A stretch of DNA of 64,000 bases from the NCBI RefSeq assembly GCF_011386835.1, contig NC_088798.1:13082001-13146000 (forward strand), written 5' to 3'. Source of the DNA: Chrysemys picta bellii (lineage: Eukaryota). Shown piece by piece: positions 50,901 to 62,900 of the stretch. The stretch's first letter is position 1. Each line of letters begins with the position of its first letter. A program made the translations under genes and the position numbers. The notes under the pieces are model-generated. The model did no database searches, was not told the DNA's origin, and was given only the letters and a program-made list of their open reading frames with translations.

Positions 50901-53900
50901 TTGATAAATCAGTCTTGTTTCTTACTAAGAATACTATACTGTTTCTTATTCAGAGAATAACAATTATTCTAAGATTGAAGGTCTTGATGCACTATTAATT
51001 TTTTAAAAAGTGACATACATAGCCTATCTAGAAAGACCTTGGCACACAAAATAGAACTTTTTGAAATACACGAGGGTGATGCATAGGGAGGAAAATTTAT
51101 TGGATGTGAAGTCTTCAGGTATGAGAGTAGGGTCTCCCTTAAATATACCTGTTCCCAACCCAAAGTCTAGTTAAAATTTAAGTCTTCTGCCAACATTACA
51201 CAGTTTTATGCTCAGGCACTCTATTTACACACCCCATACCCCCACCATCATATTTAGACTCTTTTCAGGAGGAAGTGATACAAAGCCTCTCAATACAAAA
51301 CCCACGTCACAAACAGGCCAGCAGGAAGACAAAATATTACAGCTGAGCTCAGAATAAGTGCAAGATGAGTCATGTCAATGTCACAGCTTCACTGAGCAAA
51401 AGAGACTTGCTATCATCCCCAACCCTACTGTAGATTTATACAAGGTGTCCAAAAAGCTTAAACTAATTCTTTAGTACAAAATATAAAGGCTAAATTGTTT
51501 CTGTGTTGACTACAACTTTGCACTAGCATGTTAAATTTTAGACCAAGCAGTTTTGATTGAGGATAGAGCTTTCAAACAGCAGTTTGCATTAAGCATTTGA
51601 GAACCATTTTCTACACATTGATTCATGTGAGTGTATAATAAGACTAACAGATTGTTGTCAATAGTATATATGTAAGAGTAGAAAATGTTACGAGGCAATT
51701 AATAGTATTTGAGCTCCCTCTATTTAAAGTCAGATAGAGAGTTGGATTCAGATTCATACCTTCATCCAAGAAAATTAAAATGCTAAAGTATGGTCAGAGG
51801 CTAATATAATGTTTCACCCCTTATTTTAAAATCAACGTTTTTTGTAACCCCCTTACATTCACTATAAAAGCATAAAAAAGGGTATCAATGAGAAGCCTAT
51901 TTAATTTATGTGAATGTGTTTTGAGAGGTTAACGGAATACTTGATTAAGTGGTAAGGGTGCATGGGAAATGGGGGAGAGGTTTTATTTGGTTTAGATTGT
52001 AACATTTTCAGTACCTCACAATCCCCTCAACTGTCTTTTGTGACACCCCCCTAAAGTCAAGACCTACTGGTTGAGAAACACTGAGCTAGAACAAGGAGTG
52101 CAACCTTGGAGGGAGAGGTGTTTATTAAGAAATAAAGATTAACACAGGTACAAAATAAACAGCAATCTAAACTTGTTTAGCTGAAGGCAGAAGTTACAAT
52201 AGTAAACGACTGGAAAATGTGTATGTTAAGGTGTTCTTTCCCAGAAGCATTTTTGCTGTCAGGGCCGTGGTGCTCATGAGGTAAGTGAAATGCTATCGAC
52301 CACGGCTGGAAACTGAATGTAAGGAGTCTACACTGATATTTAAGTCCATTAATAATGTACACCATGATTCCATAGGGAATGAACCAAGTAATGTGATCCA
52401 GCAAATAAATGGACGGCTAGATTTTCACTATTTTCAAAGTTAGGTGCCTAAATTTAGGCACTTACGTTTGAAAACGTTGGCCTGTTTTTTTTAATGATAC
52501 ATAAAATAGAACAATCCTTAAGCTTACCTGTATTCTCCAAATTTTAGTGAGCTCATCCAAAGACAATTTACTGCCCAGCAGTTCAATAATTCCCTTTATG
52601 CGGTCACAGTACTGTGCTTGGTCTATATTACCTAATCGAACAAAACAGACAGCTAACTTAGAAATTGTGAATAATATCATAAAAATGAATAATTTAATAC
52701 AAGTCATAGCAAGAAACTTGGTACTTTATTTCAAAGGAACAGTATCAATTTGAAAAGTCATTTCCATCTGAAAATTCTGTGCCTGCTATTACAGGCAATT
52801 CTTAAGATTACTAAAAGAGAAAAATCAAAGAAATACCCATCATTTCTCTATTTTTTCAGCTTGTTTTCTTTGTGTAATTGATAGCATATCGCTTCTAGTC
52901 AATTTCAGTGCTTTGAAAAACCTCACACCCACCCCTAGACTCAGCAAGTAGTAATCTAAAATACCAGCAAAGCTGAAAGTGCAACTGAAGAGGCATCAGC
53001 AGACAAAAAGGAAACAAGTGTGATTCAGTATGCTTGGTGCTGGTATTCTCAGAACCCTTCTAAACAATCAAAACACTATAAAGAAGTGCTTGGGTTTTTC
53101 TACAAAGGGCACTCTATCAGAAAACAGTTTTAAAAAGTCCAGTTGACAGTTCCTTGAAGACTATGGCATTCATTCAAAATTCACAATGTAAAACAATTGG
53201 TAAAAAAGCTTACCTTCTAGTGCAATTGATAGAACAGAGTTTTCTACTAGCCAGTTTAATAATCGGTCTGTATCTATTGCATTCTTTACAGATTTGGATA
53301 CAGTGCTGTCTTCTATTAATTTGGTTACCTATAAATCACAGAATGTTAAAACTATTGCTGTACTCTATATGCCCATCTCTCACACACACACACACACACA
53401 CACACATCCATTTGAAAGGTGCACTCTCCTGCAAAGCCCAAAGTAGTACAAGCACCAGGAGAATATAACAATGCACAGCCAAAGGCCAGTTATTAAAAAG
53501 AGAAAAGCCTGCTGGGTGCCATTATTACACCAATTTCCTAATCCCATTCTGTCACAGACAGGAGGGCCCTCCTGTACTGCAAACCTCTTTAGATTTACTA
53601 AAATTTTATTATTGCAGAACAGGTTTCTTTTTGTGGCTCTCAAATTACTTCCCTATCTCCATGTTAGTAAACCATTACACTTCAGCTCAGTCTAGTGATA
53701 AAGGTGACCAAAGTACAAGTTCCGGACGAAGCCCAAAATGCTGCATTTATGTAATTTCACGAGGAATGTGATACACTTGTATCCAAGGGCCCAAGATCAA
53801 TGATAAACACATTGGAGTTACTGATTTCAAATGACAATTAAGAAAGGTTTAATATATCCCAGAAACAAGAACTGAACCAAGAAGGCCTTCAAATACATAT

Positions 53901-56900
53901 AATTTGGTGGGCTTTTAAAAAAGCAATTTCTTGGAGTACTAAGATATACCAGCTTTGGAAGTCAGAACTGAATGACTTCATCTGAATACTGTAAGTGACA
54001 TCTGGAGAGGCTGAATTTAGAGTTTTGCTTTTTTATGCAGTTCCACATGAGGAATAAAATGTTTGCTAGCTCAGCACAGCCTTTGGGATACACCTAAGAT
54101 TTATCTTACTATGGAATACCCATGAATGGCCCAGGCATGGCAGAGCCTACTGCTCACAAATACAGCTGAAACAATAGTCCTGGAGAAGGCTGATATGACT
54201 TGGACTCTTCCCAAGGAAACCACAACCCTCGTATCCACTGCTAACTTGCAAAAATAATGCTTGTTAGACTGACTTCCTTTGTTCTTTACTTGGAATTAAG
54301 ACTTCCCTAAGGCCACATGATTTGCATAAAACCACCCCGCCCCTTTGCCTTTCAGACACTACTTTTGGTATAGCCAGAATAGCCTGTCATACTCAAGCAA
54401 AAATTCAAACTTACTTCTTTGAGGGAATTCATTTTTGCACTGAAGTGGGGAGATTTTAACATGCGCAACAGAATGTCCAATCGTAGATCATCCACCACAG
54501 TTACAAGGTCAGGTTGGAAGCGCATACACAGTAGCTTTATAGCAGACAGGAGTTCAGGGATACTAACTAGCCTCTGTTAAAAAAATTTTTTTTTAGTAAT
54601 GGCTGTACAGATTTTTAGACATTTTATTTTAAGCATAAGTTCTGTCATGTTTGAGACTTGGATAATAGACACAAAGGGTAATAAGAGTGACCTGGTGAAG
54701 GCTGCTTGATCTATAATCCACAATACTTTGTCTTTCTGTGAACATCTGTAGAAGTATTACTCACACTACTAGAAAGAATCACTATGCAGACAAAGTTTAG
54801 GGGTAAGGAAGAAACTTCTGTTGAAAGTTAAACGTGCTAAAATGTTCTAATTTGTAAGATACATATTTCATGTCTATCACTATTCTTTAAGTGCACAAAC
54901 AGTAACATTTCCAACACATCACGATGACTATGTCTACACCGTGCACCTTACAGTGGCCCTGCTGTGCCGCTACAGCCATGCTGCTGTAATGTACGCAGTG
55001 TAGCCACTCTTTGTCAGCAGGAGAGAGCTCTCCTGCCGACAAAATAAAACCACCTCCAACGAAGTGCAGCAGTTTTGTTGGTGGGAGAGCGTCTCCCGCC
55101 AACAAAGCGCTGTCCACAGCATCGCTTTTCTTCAGTAAATCTTTCGTCGGTCAGGGGAGTGTTTTTCTCACGCCCCGACCGACAAAAGTTTTACTCACAA
55201 AATTTCAGTGTAGACAATCTAAAATGATCTTAACGAAAAAGACACTATAAAGACTCATTAGAAATAGAGGACAAATTCAGAACAATGTAGAACAAAAAAA
55301 TGTCAGAAGATGTTGACATCTAATGATCTCCTCTAATAAAGATCAGCAAACTCTTTTGGAAACAATACAATATTTGTACCTGTAAACAGAAATGCAATTT
55401 TATACTTGCTACAGCCAACGCCTTGGATTTTTAAAGATATCTAGTCTCTTCTCCACCTAACTGACTTAGGAGCCTAAGTGACTTCTGAAAAGGAAACCTA
55501 GAGCTCCTAAGTCAGTTAGGCATTGCAACACTCAGCCGAGCAATGCCTATGTACCTTTAAAAATCTAGGCTATAGGGCCTAATGCTGCAAGGTACTAGGC
55601 ACCTTAAAGTCAACTAGAATACAGGGTATTCAGCACCTTGCATGACTGGACCCAGGGAAACTTGTTGGATAACTATGAGGGGAAAGTCTTTTTAGACAGG
55701 AAGGTCTAACACTGAATAAGATTTTAAAGTGGGTCCTGGTAAGTACAGCCAACCCACTAGCACAGTTTCCTATTACAAACATTCTCAGTCTAAATTTAGC
55801 TCAAGTGATACTTTCTAAACAGAAACTAGTATAATTTGTTCTCAAGTTATGATAGTTTGGCGCTTTTGACATTTACAGTAGTTTCTACGTGTATATTTGA
55901 TAAAATCAGAACGTTACCTTGTCTTTTAGGTCCTTCTCTTCCACATTCTGTACATATTTAATCATTTTATGAATGACTGGATCCAGCATGGGCTAAGGAA
56001 TTTGAGAAAATACAAGGACAATCATTTTTTATTTTCCAGAGTTAAGTTACTTGGAAGATCTGGTTGCAGTAAAATGAAATAACAACTTCTCTCTCTAAAA
56101 AGGCCAAAACAACTTAAGATCACATTTACTTTGAATACATAAGCTAACACAAATATGGCATACATAAACCATCGTGCTGGTATGAACCGAGAATGAAGTA
56201 ATGTAAAGGAAGAAGCCAAAATTTCCCAGATAAACTAACAGTGGCTTGTACCATAAAAGTATCTAGTAAAGAGATCTAATCTTTTCAACACACAACACTT
56301 GCTATACATACAATGAAGTCAACTTGACACCTAGTGTCTTCTTATCAGCCTCTCTTCTGAATAGAGTGACCAAAAAAACCCCAAACCAGCTGCAACTGGC
56401 TGTTAGCCAGTTTGCCTAACTGCCAGAACTCATGTGTTGCTTTCTCTCTGAATGCTATGAATAGTGTATTGCCAGCAGCTAGAAATTACCACACAGCTCT
56501 TTCTATGCAAGCACATTTATTCTTAAGGTAAAAGTATTACAGAAAAAAACAACAAATAGATTTAAACAACATATTAGGAGTCACCCACAAGTCTTACAGG
56601 GCCCTAGTAGGCCAAAGTCTTTCCAACTCTTTTGCAAGAGCTGGGGCCTCACGTTTCTTGGATCAGAAAGACGGTCCTGAGTCAGTTTAAATCCAGCCTT
56701 TTTATCCCGAAAAGCCCTTTCTTTGGCTGGCTGTCTCTGGAAAACCCAGTTTGAACTAGTATATATGCCAACCACTCCAGGGTGTGGTATTTCTCTTGAT
56801 TGTTCAGTCTCAGTGACTCACTTTAATCAACCTCACTGTTTTTAGGTCTTAGAAGAGCTCTGGTAGCCCTCCCCCATTGAGAAGAACACAATCATACATA

Positions 56901-59900
56901 AGCCATTCATAAATTTAATACAATGGCCCCTAAAGATACTGCACGGAGTTGCAATATCTGCCATAATTTTAGCAAAGGTATGTGGATCACAGATGTTTCT
57001 CTCTGGCCGGGGCGGCTCCAGGCACCAGCGCAGCAAGCACGTCCCTGGGGCGGCAAGCTGCGGGGGGCGCGGGCCGGTCACCATGAGGGCAGCAGGAGGT
57101 CCGCTGGTCCTGCAGTTTTGGCGGCAATTCGGCGGCGGGTACGCTGAACCTGTGGGACCAGCCGACTGCCTGCAGTCATGCCACTGAAGGCCGCCTGACT
57201 GCCTTGCTTGGGGCGGCAAAAACAACAGAGCCGTCCCTGTCTCTAGCAATGTATTTTCCAACTCATGCTCACATATACACCCTAGATCTCAGTCACAAAG
57301 CTAGGAGTCCAAAGCAAGCGGTACTCATTGGGGCAGATTCTTGTCACACCTGTTTTACCGTGGGATAGTTCAACTGACTACAAAGGAGTTGCTTCTGATT
57401 TACACTGATGAAGATCAGAAGATTCAGGACTACTGTCCTCAGCAAATGAATATGGATGTTCACAGTGAGAAACCTTTCTACTCATATAAACCAAGAAGTT
57501 AGGTTGAGATTTTCAACTGACTTTGAAAATCTCATCCCTAGACTACATAGTTGTAATTAAAAATGGCATTTCTACTCTCTTGGGTAACAAATGGCACATA
57601 TGGTCTCCTTGTTCTGGGTAGCTCCCCACCACTGTAATATGCAGAAATTTCTCTAATGCATGCAACATTCCTTCACGTGTTGTGAAAGGCAACTTATTTC
57701 CCCACCCCGCCTTCACTTGTGAATGCATCTAAAAATTGGTATTTGCACATTTTACATCAAAAAAAGTGTCACTCAACCAATATTAGCCTATGCAAAACAA
57801 CTACCCTGCACCCTAAACCAGACATGTTTAAGAGTGTTTCAAAATTAACCATCACTTTGATAACTAAGTCAGTGATAAACTAATTCAGTTTTCCATGTTA
57901 AGTTTCCGATTCTCATGCCAAACTTAAGTACCAGTAGTGTTGCCTTCTGGATGCCATTTTTTAAGAGATCCATTTTAACACAGAAAAAATAATACAAAAC
58001 TCAAGGGAGCAATATAGTTGTGTGTTTCAAAGTTCATTTTTCTACTTTCTGAAATTAACTCATAAAATTGGTGTTTTACCTGCACTACAGAAGAGTTGAG
58101 ATACTCTGCACACACCCCCAATGGCTGAACTAATGCAGAGACTGCCTGGAAGAAAGATAGTAGATATTTAGGCGCAGACACAGTAATCCCTTTTAAGACT
58201 GATGATTAAATTCTTTAAAACATAGGTGAAGGTTTACAAGCAGCATGTATCATACATCCCAATTATCCTCCCATTGCTTACAATTTTGCTTCAGCATTGA
58301 AGGGACTTCTTGTTATGATGGACAACACGCAGTCCAAGAAACAGATTTAAAATAATGGTATGCATTAAGTATGGTTTCTCTTGCTTGCTAACACAAAGGA
58401 CCTTCTCAACTTTCAGTGGTTTTGGTCATTTTATGGTTCTGTTATTAGAGTCTGTTCATGGTCTGTTTTGGTCCAGTGCAAGAGCCAATAAATGCTTTGA
58501 CGGTTCACTCTGCAGCACTGTAGAGTACAAATGCACGTTTTCTGGTGGAAAGCCACAAAAGAGAATTTCTTTCCCCAAATCCAACGTTCACCTTCTTCAT
58601 GAATCCTATCACTATCTGCCAAATGGCTTCAACAGAAAGTGGATTTCTGTGTAGGACCCAATGCTGAAGAATGTTCCTCATGCAGATCAGTCACACAAGG
58701 ATTTTCCTTCACATATGGAATGAAAAAAAATCTTGAGATCCAAGGTTTCCAAATTTTATCAATTTTCAAGCAGAGTGAAGAAAGTTCACTTGCCATTATG
58801 ACATCCCAAGACCAATTTCCTCCTGAGAAGAGGCAATGACTTACATAATAGTGAGTGTCTCACTACAACCAACAGCCTGTAAGTTAAGTGTCCTTAGTCA
58901 AAAATCACTTTCTTAGGAAAGGAGTTACTAGTAAGTTAAGAGGAGAGAATCTATAGCAATGTCTAAGTTTAACGAGATAAACTCCCCTTCTGTCATATTT
59001 GCATATAAACTACTTGCCTCTCCTTAATAAATGGGGGGGTGGGGGGGGAGAGGAGGAGAGAAAGATGGAGGAAGAAGTAATCAACCCACTAAAACGAAAT
59101 AGCATTTTCCAAATTTGTAGTTCAACTGCAGGTGATGAACAAGTTATTACTTTACAGACAATTAAAATTTGAAATAATGTGCTTCCTCTCGGTATTCTGG
59201 TTCTTAGACATGGTTATTTAGATTTGAAATCTGTTATATCTGAGTCTTCTAAATTATATTCAACACCAAACACTGTTCGGCTTTATGAACCCAAGACCCC
59301 GTATAGTTTATATAGTAATTAAATGTCAAATTTTGATGCAGTAGTTAACGTACTTAGAGTTATTTAGTGTATAGATTCCAAGACCAGAAAGTCCCATTGT
59401 GTTCATCTAGTCTGACCTCCTCTGAAACACAGGTCATAGACCTTTCCCAAAGTAATTCCTAGATAATCTCTCTTAGAAAAAGATCCAATTTTGATTTAAA
59501 AATTGCCAGTGATGGAGAATCCTCCATAACCCTTGGTAAATTGTTCCAATGATTAATCTCACTGTTGACAATGTACACCTTATTTCCAGCCTGAATTTGT
59601 TTAGCTTCAACTTCCAGCGAAGGGATCACGTTATACTTTTGTCTGCTAGACTGGAGAGACAATTATTAAATATTTGTTCCTCATGTAAGTACTTATAGAC
59701 TGAAATCAAGTCAATTCTTAACTTTCTTTTTGTTAAGCTAACTAGATTCATCATCTTGATTTTATCGTTAAGGCACATTTCCTAATCCTTAACCATTCTC
59801 ATGGCTCTTCTCTCAACCCTCTCCAATTTTTTAACATCCTTCTTGAATTGTGGACATCAAAACTGGACACAGAATTCCAGCAGCGCTTGCACCAGTGCCA

Positions 59901-62900
59901 AATAACCTCTCTACTCCAGCTTGAGATTTCCCTGTTTACACATTCAAGGATCACTATTAGCTCTTTTGGCCACAGCATGGCACTGGGGGCTCATGTTCAG
60001 CTGATCATCCACCATGACTCCCAAGTTCTTTTCAGAGGCACTTCTTTCCAGGATGTCGTCCCCCATTGTGTAAGTCTGGTCTACATTCTTTGGCCTACAT
60101 TTAGCCATATTAAAATGATCTTATTTCCTTGCATCCAGTTTACCAAGCGATCCAGATTGCTCTGTTTTAGTGACTTGCCCTCTTCATTATTTACCATTCT
60201 CCCAATGTTTGGGTCATCTGCAAACTTCACAAGTGACAATTTCATGCTTTCTTCCATTGATAAAAAAGATAGACAAACTATATGAACCAAAGATTTTTTT
60301 AAAATAATTTACACATGGGACTCACCTTCCCTGCAACTGAAATGCAGCTACTTCAGGGATAAATGCTAAAACTATGTAACAGTTTACACTCACTTAAAAC
60401 TGGGATGCTGAACATAATTACCCAAATTGAAATGAATTCAGGACACCAATGCTAATAACTGCTCTCTTCTGGGTAGATTCATGGGATCTTTAGTAACAAG
60501 TGGTCAAGACTTTGTTTTTCTTTCAAGCAGCAGTAGAACCATAATGCACTACAGAACTTTTAGAGCATGGTAAGAGAGTACACATGGCTAGTTAGGATGC
60601 AGCTGCAATGTGTAGATTTAGACCCCAGCTTGCCAGGTGTCAACTCTCCGTAGAGACCAACTCATCTCAAATACAGTTCCCTGACCTCCAACCATCCCAT
60701 ACCAAAGAATTCTCACAGCATTCTTTTTGGAGTACTTCTTCTGTACTGAGGAAAGCATTCGATGTATCAAAATTACCAGTATCCCTTGCTATAGAACATT
60801 AACATATAAAAAAAAAGAGAGACATCAACAGAAGATTAACTTACCCCAAGTTCAATATCTTCTGAATGGAGTTTAGACTGAATTGCTGAAAATCCACCCA
60901 ACTCTGCAAACTGCAAAAAGCAATAGCAAGTCAATGAATTACAACAGTCTGCCTTTTAAATATGTGATTAAAGCAAATATTCCAGGCTTTAACTTGGAGT
61001 GTATAAAGCTTTGTTCTCCAATGATCATCTCTGAAATAAGAATTCAAGACAAGATGCTTGAGCTGTCAACAAGGATCTTTCACAGTGAGATTTTAAGTTT
61101 AAACATAAGACTTGTGCTTTCATGTCTATTTGATGGCTCACTGGAGAACACAACATACTATTAGGGTGGAGTCCTGGGTTCAAAAGCAAGCTTGAGATTC
61201 TCCCTCCTTAAGCAAAGGTAGGCAAGTGGAAGAAGGCTAGAAGATCCACATAGGACAACAAGCTGAGGGACAGCAGGCAGGATGCATCTCTCTAGCATTC
61301 CCTAGTTTGTGGAATGGCACTGCAGCCTCAGAGGTGACCCCTGGCCTTCCTCAGCTGAAGGGTACAAATCAGTAGTGCAAAGGTGGGCAAGGAAGAGGGA
61401 GGCAACCCAGCATGATTGCCTTGGCAAGGACCTTACCATCTATGTTGGGCAGGGTTAAAAGTATAAAACTCATTGCTCTACATGGTTGTCATCCTCTACG
61501 GGAACAAATATGAAGGATCACTTTTGAGAGCAATGAATTAAAGTGACACACACCATATACTATCAACAGTTCTTTTCAGTTTAGCTTTACCTACCCTGTT
61601 TACCAGATCCAGCAGCCACCCATGAGGTTCCTAGACAATTAAAAAAAGTTAATTGGCAACATATTTTAAAACAATGTGAAAGGCAGATTTTTTTTTTTAT
61701 TGTGTGCTGCACTTAGCATTTTGGGTTAATTAGCTTTAACTATGTGCTACTACTTCAAAGAATATATTAATGTGTTTATGCTACCTTCTTTACTGAGTGC
61801 AGCTGGAGCTTTGGGTTGTTCTTATTAACATCATCCTTTTTTGGACAATCCCTGTCATCACTGACCGTGGGTTGTGACAACATTAAGCTATGAGACTGCT
61901 GACTGACACAGCCATAATTATAACTTATCAGTAGTGTGGAATATTACGGAAGAACTTTCCCTGAATTTTGGCAAAGTTTCTTTTTGTTTTCACAAGCCAC
62001 GAGCTTTCTTTTTAGCAACACAGTGATAACCAGAGACTGAAACCTTATTTATCCACACAACAGGTACAACACCTACAATGGCACTGCAAGCCTCAAATTG
62101 CATCTCTACCAGAGTATCACCACCCTGACCTGAAGGGAGCACCTTTACATGTGAGACTGAATGAGCATGTAGACTTGATCAGTTTTGAACTGTCTGCTGA
62201 GACTGCTAACAAGAGGGTTAATTAAGACAGTGGTTTTGCGATGTGAACACTGGTATATTAGGATCTGGACTAGAGCAACTAGGTCATTTTATATAGCAAA
62301 AGCTAGAGATGTTAGATCAGTGGTCTCCAACCTTTATTCGCACAAGATCACTTTTTGAATTTAAGTGCAACCCTGGATCTAACCCACCCCTTCCACAAGG
62401 CCCCACGCTGACCACTCCATCTCCCCTCCCTCCATCACTCACTCTCCCACACCCTCACTCACTTTCACAGGACAGGGGCAGGGGGTGCAGGGTCTGGGCT
62501 GGGGCCAAGGGATTCTAAGTGTAGGAGGGGCTCCGGGCTGAGCCTGGGGCAGTGGGTTTGGGTGCAGGAGGGGGTGAGGGGTGCAAGCTCTGGGAGAGAG
62601 TTTGGGTGCAGGAGTGGACTACAGGCTGGGGCAGAGTGTTGGGGTGCAGGAGGGGGTATGGGGTGCTGGCTCCAGGAGGGGGCTCAGGGCTGAGGTGTGG
62701 GCTCCCACCAGACAGCACTTACCTTGGGCAGCTCCCGGGTGGCGGCACTGTGGGGCTAAGGCAGGCTCCCTACCTGCCTCAGCCCACGCCGCTCCCGGAA
62801 GTGGCCAGCATGCCCCTGCACCGCGCCCCCCCCCAACCCCTCCCTGAAGGCACCACCCCCGCAACTCCCATTGCCTGCAGTTTCCCGTTCGCGGCCAATG

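Noticed and set aside
51830-52083. Charlie-type right TIR ggttgagaaacactg
   Set aside because: The matching left TIR and TSD could not be located.
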